IMG/VR virus record: IMGVR_UViG_3300031595_000166
Span: 1 to 64,000 of that record
DNA length: 64,000 bases
Reading direction: 5' to 3' (one strand)
Source: a virus
Shown here: one piece after another, positions 1 through 9,997 of the stretch
Numbering within the stretch: the stretch's first letter is position 1
Layout: each line of letters opens with the position of its first letter
Made by a program: the position numbers and the translations under genes
Notes under the pieces: generated by a model
What the model was told of the DNA's origin: nothing
What the model saw: only the letters and a program-made list of their open reading frames with translations
Databases searched by the model: none

Positions 1-381
1 TTAATTTTCTAATTTTTCTTCTGTTGTTTCAGTTTCTGGTTTTAGCATTTTTAGATATGGAACTTCTCGTTTTATCTTTGGTTTTCTTGTTAGTATTATA
101 TTAGAACGCGTCATTATCATAAAATGACCATCTGAATAAAACATTGAATGATATTTCGTGCAACTTAATAATTCTTTTATTTCTTTACTACATTTAGTCG
201 CATTTTCTTCGTTGTATTCTAATTTATTTTCCAGTAAGAATTGGATCACATATGATGGTGAGTTAGATTGATCTTCAATAAAAAGGCTTCTTGATACTTT
301 ATATCCACCTTTAACTAAGGCTGTAATAGCCTTGTCTGCATAACTTTCTAACAAAAATGTTATTGTAAGTTTTATATTCAT
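1..381 (-). CDS. hypothetical protein, probable paralog of 48503..48856
   Basis: 126 aa ORF; segments YADKAITALVKGGYKVS and KYHSMF resemble YEEIVVAKLVERGYAIS and KHYSVI in 48503..48856. Confidence 0.6.
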   Translation of the reverse strand: MNIKLTITFLLESYADKAITALVKGGYKVSRSLFIEDQSNSPSYVIQFLLENKLEYNEENATKCSKEIKELLSCTKYHSMFYSDGHFMIMTRSNIILTRKPKIKREVPYLKMLKPETETTEEKLEN

Positions 382-383
382 TT

Positions 384-1142
384 TTATTTTTCCTCAACAA
401 TACAGGACGATTTCAATCCATCCAATACTGCAACTGAATCACATCCATATATGCCAGCCGCATATATAGGGTTTTCTTCAATAATTGCATACTTATCTTT
501 ATCATATCTTCCGAGATCAATTACAAAACTATCAACACATTGAACTCTTTCGTCTTTTAAGAGTTTATTTGTAAATGACACAACATCATTAAAATTGTTT
601 TGGTAATTCTTTGTAAGATTGAACTCTGCCGGTTGTTTTGAGATCTGCATTTGTTTTGTATGAAGCCAATAACAAGAACAAGATATTACTTCTCTGTTCT
701 TTACAACGCATCTGTATTCAGAAGTAAAACTCATAACATCTGATATTAAAACTGGCACCCTATCACTCAATGATGAGTTTAATTCTTTACCAGATCCATA
801 TACTTTTGCTGTAAAAACTTTATCATCTGCTGGTTTTATGAACTTTTCTGTTTCCACTAATCTTGCTTCACCTAAATTAGTAAAAATAACTTTTCTACTA
901 ACATATTCTTCTGGAAGTTTTGCGAGCCAATTTAGTGGATTACGAATAAGTTTCCAGCCCATTTGCTCTGCAATTGTTTCGCAAAACAACCATTCACCAT
1001 ATACGGCTCCAACTAATCCTTTACTTTTTAGATAGTCTGGAACTCGCCAGCTATCACTATATACTGACCAGCCAAGCGCCTGTGCAGTATTGATTAGTGT
1101 TCTGGTTTCAGACTTTATATTTGGTGTTGTGATTAGAAGCAT
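384..1142 (-). CDS. ATP-grasp domain protein, R2K/DUF4343-like clade
   Basis: Motifs FIKPADDKVF, SEYRCVV, FVIDLG and IIEENP...GIYGCD are typical of DUF4343/R2K ATP-grasp proteins; start moved to MLLITT (1142) to avoid overlap with the upstream gene. Confidence 0.75.
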   Translation of the reverse strand: MLLITTPNIKSETRTLINTAQALGWSVYSDSWRVPDYLKSKGLVGAVYGEWLFCETIAEQMGWKLIRNPLNWLAKLPEEYVSRKVIFTNLGEARLVETEKFIKPADDKVFTAKVYGSGKELNSSLSDRVPVLISDVMSFTSEYRCVVKNREVISCSCYWLHTKQMQISKQPAEFNLTKNYQNNFNDVVSFTNKLLKDERVQCVDSFVIDLGRYDKDKYAIIEENPIYAAGIYGCDSVAVLDGLKSSCIVEEK

Positions 1143-1144
1143 TG

Positions 1145-1894
1145 TTATACCAAGTGAGAAAAGACCGGCGAACTCCAAACTAACTTTTCCATTGCAGCTT
1201 TATCGAGATATCGTGTTTTAATTGGATTTTGAATGAAACTTAGAATATCACCACCAGCATAACAATGATATGATTTAGACTGATTACTAATTGAAACACT
1301 ACGAACCGGATTTCCATCAACGAAGTGAAGCGCCGCGTGATCATCAATAGCGTATCCACTTTTGATATTGTTATCAAGCATTTCTTTTTCGTATGCTTCT
1401 CTTCGCATTTTTGAACTATAATGCGGGCAATTGCTATATGGCAAAATACCAAGACAAGGCATTACGCTGAGTTTTCCGGGCACGCTATCAGTAATGCATT
1501 CATCGAACCATACGACGCTACCAGCGCTTCCACCAGATAGGATGATACCAGCATCGTAAGCATCGCGCAAGGCGCTGTCAACTTTCCATTCATTCCATAG
1601 AATGATCATATTTCTGCTATGACCGCCACCAACAAAAACAATATCATTACTCATAATGATATCTTTTATATCTTTAGTGGGTGGATTAAATAATGAAAGG
1701 TATGATGGGATACAAGGGAACCTTTCAAAATATTTTTTAAAATAATTTATGTAGTCAGGATTATCTCCCGATGCTGTTCCTAAAAATAAAATACGAGGAT
1801 TAATTTTTTGGGATTGAGACAAAATATACAATTCAATAGACGGATTTTTATCGTCTAATCCACCAGAACCGATTGCAATTATTTGCTTGGGCAT
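1145..1894 (-). CDS. peptidase E (S51 family)
   Basis: FLGTASGD, DIVFVGGG, nucleophile motif GGSAGS and CPHY. Confidence 0.9.
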   Translation of the reverse strand: MPKQIIAIGSGGLDDKNPSIELYILSQSQKINPRILFLGTASGDNPDYINYFKKYFERFPCIPSYLSLFNPPTKDIKDIIMSNDIVFVGGGHSRNMIILWNEWKVDSALRDAYDAGIILSGGSAGSVVWFDECITDSVPGKLSVMPCLGILPYSNCPHYSSKMRREAYEKEMLDNNIKSGYAIDDHAALHFVDGNPVRSVSISNQSKSYHCYAGGDILSFIQNPIKTRYLDKAAMEKLVWSSPVFSHLV

Positions 1895-1968
1895 TTTACT
1901 TTTTCTTTCATAAATCTACGCATTTTTTAGCATTATTTATGTAAATAATTTACATTTGGAAGACATAA

Positions 1969-2784
1969 ATGCATTACATATACTGTATCACGAACAAAAA
2001 TAACAATAAATCCTATGTCGGTCAAACTGAAAATTTAAAAGGACGCTGGTATAATCATAGGTATGATGGCAAAAAATTACGTAAAGGTCGTTCACATGCG
2101 TTTCAAAATGCTTTACATAAATATGGTAATGATGGCTTTACTTGGCAGGTTATAGAGACACACGACAATCTTGACGACACTAACGAAGCTGAAGAGTTTT
2201 TTATTGATTATTTAGATACGCTTGTTCCCAATGGATATAATATAAAAAGAGGGGGAAACAACCATAAACCTTCCGAAGAAACTAAAAAGAAAATTAGTGC
2301 AACACATAAGTCCCGTGGTACAAAACCACCATCACAATTAGGTGTCGCTCAAAGCGAAAAGAACAAAAAACATTTAAGTGAATTATTTTCTGGTGATGGC
2401 GCTGCTATGAAAAAAATAAATTCACAAACCGCAAAAATTATTTATTTAGAGTATTATAATAATATAGAAAATATAACAATGGAATATTTAACTAATAAAT
2501 ACAACCTTGCTATTAGAACAATAGCAGACATACTTCATAAAATTACTTGGAAGGATGCCACGAAAGATTTGCCAGATATTAATTTTGATGACCCAAAATA
2601 CAAAATGAAAAATATTAAAAATCCTTTTTCTGATGATGAAGTTAGAACAATTAGAAAAGATTTTGCTACCACCTCATTAAAACAAGGTGCGTTTATAAGA
2701 ATAACCGCACAAAAATATGACGCAAAAAGAAGCGGAATATACAATATAGTTAAAAATATTTCATATAAAAATGTGGTCTTATAA
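1969..2784 (+). CDS. GIY-YIG homing endonuclease with NUMOD3-like and HTH-like C-terminal region
   Basis: YIYCITNKNNNKSYVGQT...RW...H, GYNIKRGG and SEETKKKIS; lies opposite to the surrounding genes. Confidence 0.85.
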   Translation: MHYIYCITNKNNNKSYVGQTENLKGRWYNHRYDGKKLRKGRSHAFQNALHKYGNDGFTWQVIETHDNLDDTNEAEEFFIDYLDTLVPNGYNIKRGGNNHKPSEETKKKISATHKSRGTKPPSQLGVAQSEKNKKHLSELFSGDGAAMKKINSQTAKIIYLEYYNNIENITMEYLTNKYNLAIRTIADILHKITWKDATKDLPDINFDDPKYKMKNIKNPFSDDEVRTIRKDFATTSLKQGAFIRITAQKYDAKRSGIYNIVKNISYKNVVL

Positions 2785-3084
2785 TCATAGTAATACTAAG
2801 TTTTTTACAACCTTATCCAAGTATTCACGCAAGTCATCTGGCGCGAATGCATTAATTAATTCTTGCTCATCACACATATCATTGATCCATTTGATGGTTC
2901 CAGCAATAGGATCGTAATATGGTGCCAGCGCATAACATCTTGGATCGCCAGAACCGTCATCAACACATTCAATTGGATCGCCAACAACAATTTCAAGCCA
3001 AAATCTATTATCTTCCATCCAAGGATACCTCTTATTGAAGTCTGCTTCGTATGTGCGACCATTGGAAGATTTAAAATAAATCAT
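2785..3084 (-). CDS. hypothetical protein with hydrophobic C-terminal tail (KNLVLL)
   Basis: 99 aa ORF on the dominant strand. Confidence 0.6.
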   Translation of the reverse strand: MIYFKSSNGRTYEADFNKRYPWMEDNRFWLEIVVGDPIECVDDGSGDPRCYALAPYYDPIAGTIKWINDMCDEQELINAFAPDDLREYLDKVVKNLVLL

Positions 3085-3200
3085 TTTAGAACGGTTTCCT
3101 TTTCAAGAGATACTTCCTAACAAGATTACTCGTTCTAATAAAATAGACAGCGGAATATTTCATTAGGTATTTACGAGCCAATAGCACAAAATAAGCGCTG

Positions 3201-3494
3201 CTATACTTTGGCGGATTCGGTAGCAATGGTTGACCTTGCTTCTGCAGATTTGGTAATTCTTGCATCGTGCTCATCTTTGATCCTTTGTAAATCTACAATA
3301 ATTACATCAATTGATTTAGACGCATTGATGAATGTTGTTCCCCACGAATGGGCGACTTTGTCTTGATTGGTGAAGGCATACGCTTGCCATTCATCGCCAA
3401 GGGTTTTCAATACACTTGAAACGGTATCAAAAAATCCCACAAAACTGTTATGAAAACGAACCATGTAAGAACGCATAATTAGGTGATCAATCAT
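3201..3494 (-). CDS. hypothetical protein, probably from a leaderless mRNA
   Basis: ATG at 3494 lies 7 nt downstream of the -10 box of the promoter at 3501-3529. Confidence 0.55.
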   Translation of the reverse strand: MIDHLIMRSYMVRFHNSFVGFFDTVSSVLKTLGDEWQAYAFTNQDKVAHSWGTTFINASKSIDVIIVDLQRIKDEHDARITKSAEARSTIATESAKV

Positions 3495-3500
3495 CGTCAT

Positions 3501-3529
3501 AATATAATGACGGAATCTGCCCGTGTCAA
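3501..3529 (-). promoter_or_regulatory. sigma70-type promoter
   Basis: TTGACA-17 nt-TATATT on the minus strand. Confidence 0.8.
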
Positions 3530-3564
3530 GGTGCGTGCTGGTAATACAACGGCATACATATGCG

Positions 3565-3783
3565 ATGGATGATCTTCTAAAACTTGCCGATCTATTCAAT
3601 AAGGAAGTATCTAAGGATATGTTCGGAACCGTTTCATATGCCGATGAGGCGAAACAATTATCGTTATTGGCAGGGAAACTTCATTATCGTTCGGCTGAAC
3701 AAGCAGATCCTGAAAAGAAAAAACAACTTAGTAATGTTGCGAAAATGATATTGCAAGCAAGTGATATGTTGAAACGAGTGTAG
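3565..3783 (+). CDS. hypothetical protein
   Basis: Plus-strand ORF (MDDLLKLAD...) filling the gap up to the helicase stop codon. Confidence 0.5.
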   Translation: MDDLLKLADLFNKEVSKDMFGTVSYADEAKQLSLLAGKLHYRSAEQADPEKKKQLSNVAKMILQASDMLKRV

Positions 3784-3785
3784 AA

Positions 3786-5213
3786 TTATTTATTAACGAA
3801 GTAAATAGTGTCTTTGGAGCGGGTTAAGCAAACATAACGGATATTGCGTTCTTCTTGTTCTTCGGAAGGTCTAAATGATGCCTCCAATACGAACACATTA
3901 TTACGCTCCTTGCCTTTAAAACTATGTATAGTCGCGAAGACAACTTTACTATTATCATCGTCATCTCGAAACAATTCTTTGATATTGTTCTGAACATCTT
4001 CGATTGTTTTAGCATCTTCGCATAAATTTAACATACATTCATATTTGTCATATATCGTAGCAGGATTCCTTTTCTTTTCCAGCAACCGATTTACTTCCGA
4101 GTTCTTCCAAGTAGTTAGCCAATTGACAAACTCTTTTAAGTCTTTTTTGCCTGATTTCTTTATTAGGAATAATAATCCTTTGTCAATATCTTTGCCTTGT
4201 ATTTCGCTCGGTATCTTGTGTCGTAAGAATGACATACAATGTTTTACTAATGGCGCGTTGGTTCTTGACAAAATACAATCACCACCTTTTGCATATTCCA
4301 TTAATCTATCTTCTTTAATATAGATTATATTACCGTCTTTTGCATTTGGTGCGTGTTCAATATCAGGAACATATTTTTGTGCTAATTTGATTACTTTTTT
4401 TGGACAACGATATGATATTGGAAGTGGCAATACTTTTGCTTTTAGTCGATCTCTTACATTGAAAACGCCATTAATATCTACGCCGGCAAAATTAAAAATT
4501 GCTTGCCTGTCATCGCCCCAAGCGAATATTCGTCCAGTTTTTTTGCAAGCAGACAATGCCAATTCAATTTGTGATTTTGTTAAATCTTGTAATTCATCAA
4601 TTAACACATAATCATATTGTGATGACGGTAATCGGTTTATAACGCAGAACCAGATCATATCATTAAAATCAACAATTTCTCTTTGATCTTTACATATACT
4701 TAATATTTTAACTACTGTTTTAGTAAAAACATCTCTTTCTAATTCAAGTGGAATAACATCAAAATTATCCATCAATTCATCAATTTTTGATGGCGCGTCT
4801 GTTAGTGATGCTTTACATAACCCAACTGTTTTTTCCAAAAGAAACGCATCTCCCGCCGACAACCCACTGGGGAATAATTGGTATATGATATGTTTGACTT
4901 TATCTGGAACGATCTGAACTTTACCATAGCACGATCGTATAATTTTTAAACCTAACGAATGTAATGTAGAAACATCTACATATGATTTGTTTATTCTTTC
5001 TTCTAACTCAACCGCTATCGACTTAGAAAAAGCAACGGCTAAAACCTTGGAACGTTTATTCGGGATACGTTTTATTACTTCAATTAAAACTGACGTTTTT
5101 CCGGCGCCCGCCCTGGCAATTATTATGGTATGTTGCCCATTTTTACCATTTGCTATTTCCTCAAAAATCGCGTTTTGATATTGACTATATACTATTGGTG
5201 ATGGTTTAGCCAC
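3786..5213 (-). CDS. UvrD/Rep-like SF1 helicase
   Basis: Walker A ARAGAGKT, VLIDELQD, GDDRQAIF, SYRCP, TIHSFKGKE and YVCLTRSK. Confidence 0.92.
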   Translation of the reverse strand: MAKPSPIVYSQYQNAIFEEIANGKNGQHTIIIARAGAGKTSVLIEVIKRIPNKRSKVLAVAFSKSIAVELEERINKSYVDVSTLHSLGLKIIRSCYGKVQIVPDKVKHIIYQLFPSGLSAGDAFLLEKTVGLCKASLTDAPSKIDELMDNFDVIPLELERDVFTKTVVKILSICKDQREIVDFNDMIWFCVINRLPSSQYDYVLIDELQDLTKSQIELALSACKKTGRIFAWGDDRQAIFNFAGVDINGVFNVRDRLKAKVLPLPISYRCPKKVIKLAQKYVPDIEHAPNAKDGNIIYIKEDRLMEYAKGGDCILSRTNAPLVKHCMSFLRHKIPSEIQGKDIDKGLLFLIKKSGKKDLKEFVNWLTTWKNSEVNRLLEKKRNPATIYDKYECMLNLCEDAKTIEDVQNNIKELFRDDDDNSKVVFATIHSFKGKERNNVFVLEASFRPSEEQEERNIRYVCLTRSKDTIYFVNK

Positions 5214-5219
5214 AATTAC

Positions 5220-6125
5220 CTATATGTTTGTTCTGTATTTTAGCATTTGCTCAATCCAAGTCATAAACTCTTCATATGGCATATCAGATTTTGCTCTATT
5301 ACATATGCGACAACAACTAATACAATTATCCAATGTATAACCAAACTCATTATGAATTCGATCAATACCGTTATATGCTATTTCTTTTGGCGGACTACCA
5401 GCACTACTATTTAAATATATTTTAACCATTGTTGGGCTGCTATCACAATAAAAACAGTTTTTATATATTAAAAATATAAGTTGTTCTAATGATAAATCAA
5501 AAAATAACCGTCTTCTTTTAGCACTCGCAACATATGATCTAAATATATAATTAACCACTGCCATATTGTTAGGCAGTGTATTGCCAGCAGATATTAGTTC
5601 CCCTGTTTTACATCCACAACTTTTAGTTCCATTACGACGTAAATGAGTATGTGGGATATATATCTCTTTACCGCAATCACAAACACATAACCATTTTTTT
5701 ATATTTCTTCTATATTCCTTTACTAAAATATAACCAATTTTTCGATTTGTAAAATCCTCTTTGTTTCTAACTTTACATCCTGTATTACCGCAACTTTTTG
5801 TTTTTCCCTTTCGCAAACTTTTTCCATCAACAAAAGATATTTCACCACATTCACATAAGCACTTCCATTTTCCTTGTTCAAAAGATTTTACAATTAATTT
5901 ACCGAATACCTGACTTGTTAGATCGATTCGGGGCTGTGATATTCTACAATTACCACAAGTGGTGGTAGCGCCCTTTAATAATGAATATTTACTAATATCT
6001 TTTTCATTTCCGCAATCGCAAACACAATGCCATATCGGATAATTCTCATTTGACAATCTATATTGTGCTGTTAATTTTCCAAACTTTCTACCAATAAGAT
6101 CATCCGTTAATTTTATTTTCGACAT
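5220..6125 (-). CDS. HNH homing endonuclease with repeated WxCxCDCG modules
   Basis: Three W.C.C(D/E)CG repeats; C-terminal CFYC...GIDRIHNEFGYTLDNCISCCRICNRAK. Confidence 0.8.
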   Translation of the reverse strand: MSKIKLTDDLIGRKFGKLTAQYRLSNENYPIWHCVCDCGNEKDISKYSLLKGATTTCGNCRISQPRIDLTSQVFGKLIVKSFEQGKWKCLCECGEISFVDGKSLRKGKTKSCGNTGCKVRNKEDFTNRKIGYILVKEYRRNIKKWLCVCDCGKEIYIPHTHLRRNGTKSCGCKTGELISAGNTLPNNMAVVNYIFRSYVASAKRRRLFFDLSLEQLIFLIYKNCFYCDSSPTMVKIYLNSSAGSPPKEIAYNGIDRIHNEFGYTLDNCISCCRICNRAKSDMPYEEFMTWIEQMLKYRTNI

Positions 6126-6265
6126 ATTAAAACTCCTTAATTGTCTATATCAACAATCAAGCAGTTTTAACTAATTTTCCACTTCTTTTTTGATATAAAA
6201 TTACCTATAATAATGCTGTTTTATTGACAAAATTATATTTAATTTTATTCTATAAAAATCTGGAA

Positions 6266-6559
6266 CTAAATTTTAAATTTATTTAATAACTGCTGTCGCG
6301 CTAATTGAGATTCTTTATGATCTTGCTCTGCTTTCTTTTGTTTTTCTTCAAGTTTATTTATATAATAATCACATCCTTTTTTTACCGCTAACTCAAAAGA
6401 TTGATCTGCAAACGTGGGCTCATCCTGAGCATATAAATCAAAAGAAACTTGAAAATTATTTTTTTCATCAACGGAAATATGTAAAGATGCCTGTCTCGGG
6501 TAATAGTGATCTGATTTATGAAGTTCAAAAATACTTTTTAATAACTGATTGATATCCAT
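6266..6559 (-). CDS. hypothetical protein
   Basis: 97 aa ORF with GGAG RBS. Confidence 0.65.
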   Translation of the reverse strand: MDINQLLKSIFELHKSDHYYPRQASLHISVDEKNNFQVSFDLYAQDEPTFADQSFELAVKKGCDYYINKLEEKQKKAEQDHKESQLARQQLLNKFKI

Positions 6560-6593
6560 TAATTATCTCCTAAAATATATTGTTTTTAATGTT

Positions 6594-6974
6594 TTAAACA
6601 TTTTCTAACTCCTCATACAAGAAACTCTCGCTCTCAACAAGATCTCTCATCACAAGTAATCCCTTATCAAGCAATTCACCCTCGTTCTCAATAGGTATAT
6701 TCCACAAGCCAGCGCTAATCGCCCTAACTAATTTAGGATTTCTTGCGTTCCTCAATTCAATTAAATACTCGCCAAGCGTTATATCAAGTTTTGTTTTGTC
6801 AATCCAAAACTTACGGAATGTAGGAAGATATATATTTAGAATGTGAAAAATATCATTCCAATATGTATCTATTACATTCCAATACTCGTTTTTTGTTGTG
6901 GGAGATCTATATGTCTTCTGGCTCGTCATCATATCGACCAGCATAATTCCTGTATGTGTTTTGTAAGTCTTCAA
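6594..6974 (-). CDS. hypothetical protein (start probably near 6932)
   Basis: ORF on the dominant strand. Confidence 0.55.
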   Translation of the reverse strand: MKTYKTHTGIMLVDMMTSQKTYRSPTTKNEYWNVIDTYWNDIFHILNIYLPTFRKFWIDKTKLDITLGEYLIELRNARNPKLVRAISAGLWNIPIENEGELLDKGLLVMRDLVESESFLYEELENV

Positions 6975-7442
6975 CTAATTTAGTTAGATATTCACCATTA
7001 TTTTCGTTATTACGATCATCAATAATACATATTAGTTCGGTAAGCAATTTTTGCATACCGTATTGATCGAGTAATTTTTCGAGTTCTTTTCTCATATACA
7101 ATTTTCGCCAATTCCTGTTACTTCAAGCCATTCTTTTTGCGGACTATCTTCTGACCATTCTGGAAAATGTCTTCCAACGCCTACTTTACAATTCACACAC
7201 TCCCAACCAATTACCGTTGTTTTACCATTACTTTTATTTGTGTGTATCACTTGCTTCCAGACATGGGGTTTCATATATCGATCTTTTTCTTCTTACCAGC
7301 ACTTTTTATCCTTACAATTTCTGCCATCAATGTATCTGTTATTGTATTGGCGAATTGTTCAATCCACGCCCTATACATTTCAGGCGTGGTATCGATTTCT
7401 GGTTTAGATTTTTTAGATTTTGTTGTTTTCTTTTTCGGCATA

Positions 7443-8465
7443 TTACTTTTTATCTGGTGTTCCAACAACTGGCGGAACAACTACTACTGGTGCTTGTGAT
7501 GTTTTGTCGAGATTGAAAAATCCAGTTTCACCAACATCTGCTGCATTCAATGAAGAATCCATACGATATTGCGTCAAGTTTTTGCTAATTAAATTATAAG
7601 TTTGACCTACACCAGCAGCCGTGGCAGCGAACTTCCTTGAATTATTTGTATTCATTCCAAGTGATTGGGAACCTTTGAAGGCGTCGATCCCGGCTCCTGA
7701 AAATACGAATAACCATGAGTATTTGTTCGTCTGATGCTGAACCATTTCTTTGATTTTATCAATGGCGAACTCCGTACTTGCGTTCTCTTCGCCATCTGTC
7801 ATAACAAGAACAATTATCTTACTTGGACGTTCATTTTCTGGCATTGCTGAAAGACGGGCACCTAATGAATTAACCGTTCTACCAACGCTATCTAATAGCG
7901 CAGTATATCCATTGCATACATATGTTGCTGGTGTTAAGTCCGCAACACTGTCTAATGGAACGAAGTCATGCACTAATTTATAGTCGGAAGCGAATGTTGC
8001 GAGCGTCAATACCGCTTCTCCCTTAACTTTTCGTTGTTCAGCAACGAAGGAATTAAATCCTTCTATTGTCTCTTTGCTCAATTTACCCATTGAACCACTA
8101 CGATCAAGTATAACTGCTATTGCTGTAAAATCTGGTTTTGTCATTGTATATCCTATTGTTTTATTGTATATGCTTTTCTTATGAAAAGACTTGTAAAATC
8201 TATTTGTTCTGCTCTTGGACAATCTGCTAAGGCTTCTAATACTGGTTCCAATGCAATCTCTGCATTTGGCAACTAATATATCCATTATTCTATCTCTATG
8301 TGCTCGTGTAAAATTATTATTGAAACAAGCACCATATTTTGCTAATTGGTTAGCGCAACTTTGTAAAAACTCTTCTGTGTTATCATCCCAATAATAAAAA
8401 TTACTCTCTAATGCATCAATTAGTTTTGTTGCTTCTTCTGGCGTTGTAGGGTTTTTCCATTTCAT
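7443..8465 (-). CDS. vWA-domain protein (probable second start at MTKPDF, about 8144)
   Basis: MIDAS motif DRSGSM, TALLDSVG and MTDGEENAS; AGGA RBS before the internal ATG. Confidence 0.85.
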   Translation of the reverse strand: MKWKNPTTPEEATKLIDALESNFYYWDDNTEEFLQSCANQLAKYGACFNNNFTRAHRDRIMDILVAKCRDCIGTSIRSLSRLSKSRTNRFYKSFHKKSIYNKTIGYTMTKPDFTAIAVILDRSGSMGKLSKETIEGFNSFVAEQRKVKGEAVLTLATFASDYKLVHDFVPLDSVADLTPATYVCNGYTALLDSVGRTVNSLGARLSAMPENERPSKIIVLVMTDGEENASTEFAIDKIKEMVQHQTNKYSWLFVFSGAGIDAFKGSQSLGMNTNNSRKFAATAAGVGQTYNLISKNLTQYRMDSSLNAADVGETGFFNLDKTSQAPVVVVPPVVGTPDKK

Positions 8466-8773
8466 AATTTATACATTATATGTCGAATGTTTTTTGCGAT
8501 ACCAAAAAATCTACTTGGCTCTCCTAATATATATCCTGCTTGATTTTTATCAACTGCAAAATAATCACTTGAATTACCGACCGTGCATACTAAAAAATCA
8601 GAATAAAAACTATCCCATATAATTTTTGTAATTTGATCAACGGAAAGATCAATTGATAGTTTATCGAATATCTTTTTGGCAGAACGATCGTATTGATTAT
8701 GATCTGCTCCCATCTTTATATATCCAAGGACATCGGCGTCTTCAAGTAATTCTTCAATGATTTGTAATGTCAT
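8462..8773 (-). CDS. hypothetical protein
   Basis: 103 aa ORF, ATGA-coupled to the next gene. Confidence 0.6.
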   Translation of the reverse strand: MTLQIIEELLEDADVLGYIKMGADHNQYDRSAKKIFDKLSIDLSVDQITKIIWDSFYSDFLVCTVGNSSDYFAVDKNQAGYILGEPSRFFGIAKNIRHIMYKL

Positions 8774-8784
8774 TTTTGTGTTTC

Positions 8785-9323
8785 CTAATATAGGATCATT
8801 AGATTATTAATTTTTTCAATTAGGTGAGGACGATTAACTCTTATCGCTTCGAGATACCAATACATATCATCACATTGGCCCTTAGGGTCAAATACATTTC
8901 TCCAACTATTAGATTTAAAGGTCTCAAAAAAATATTTCACTATATCTTGATCGGATTGGTTAATAATCCTTGGATCGGTGGAATACCCTTTTGACCAACA
9001 GTGTTCCTCGTGATCTCTACAACGAATACATAATTTTATATTTAGATCTTTGCAAGTAGTCATGCTAATATCATTAATTGAAAGATTTTTGGATGATATG
9101 TTTCAAGTGTTTTGAGAAAATAAAAACTATAATTACGACCAGCAATTATAATGTCTGTCTGGTCTTCTTGGTATAATTTATTATATAATTCAATTATATC
9201 TTTTGTAGAAGAATGCAAGTAATGATCAGCAATATGCCTTTTATAATAACCGATATAACATCCGCCGCCCTTCCAAGAACACCATAAACATAATGGAATA
9301 TCTAAATCCTTGCAGGTAATCAT
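8785..9323 (-). CDS. two tandem paralogous Cys-rich small proteins (8785..9063 and 9060..9323)
   Basis: Shared N-terminus M(T/I)TCKDL(N/D)IxLC..C and shared tail LMILx. Confidence 0.7.
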
Positions 9324-9670
9324 ATCAATAGCATCAATTTATCAAAACGATTTATAAAAGTTTCTTTATCAAAATTATTCAATGAATATATTGTATTCTG
9401 TTTTATTGTATGTAAAAAACGATTGTCTCTTATTGTTGCAAGAACCGTATTCCCCAACTCATAATTTACATCTACTAAATATCCAATATCATTTTTTATA
9501 TTATAGACCATTATTTCTTCTGAAAATAATGTTCCATCGTTATTTATGATGATAGAATAATTATGATCCGCTGGAAGAATGAAGATGTCATTTCCGTAGC
9601 AAGACATTATATTTGTAGACAATAATAATAGTTCTTTATTACATACTTTACAAGTATATTTTTTACTCAT
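9320..9670 (-). CDS. small CxxC protein with tail DKLMLLI
   Basis: 116 aa ORF, ATGA-coupled. Confidence 0.65.
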   Translation of the reverse strand: MSKKYTCKVCNKELLLLSTNIMSCYGNDIFILPADHNYSIIINNDGTLFSEEIMVYNIKNDIGYLVDVNYELGNTVLATIRDNRFLHTIKQNTIYSLNNFDKETFINRFDKLMLLI

Positions 9671-9822
9671 ATTAGCAATAGATATTTTTCCAATTGTTCT
9701 GTTGTGAATTGTGTGCCATATAAAAAATTATATGCGCGAACATAATATTTTGGTTTAAGATATAAATCTTTTACCTTATTATAAGTTATGATGAACGATT
9801 TTAATTGATCGTCTTTTATCAT
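9667..9822 (-). CDS. 51 aa protein missing from the ORF track, tail EQLEKYLLLI
   Basis: Read manually: MIKDDQLKSFIITYNKVKDLYLKPKYYVRAYNFLYGTQFTTEQLEKYLLLI; ATGA overlaps on both sides. Confidence 0.75.
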   Translation of the reverse strand: MIKDDQLKSFIITYNKVKDLYLKPKYYVRAYNFLYGTQFTTEQLEKYLLLI

Positions 9823-9980
9823 ATGAGTAGTAGATATTTTTCCAATTGTTCGACTGTGAAGTTTGTATTACGAAAATTATTGAATATTCGAACATAGTTT
9901 TGTTTATTTACATAAAACTTTCCCGCCACTGTATAACCAGTAATAAATAATTTGAGTTCTTTATTTGGATTTGTGCTCAC
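9819..9980 (-). CDS. 53 aa paralog of 9667..9822, tail EQLEKYLLLI
   Basis: GTG start; MSTNPNKELKLFITGYTVAGKFYVNKQNYVRIFNNFRNTNFTVEQLEKYLLLI. Confidence 0.7.
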   Translation of the reverse strand: MSTNPNKELKLFITGYTVAGKFYVNKQNYVRIFNNFRNTNFTVEQLEKYLLLI

Positions 9981-9997
9981 TGTTTTATAGTATTTTT

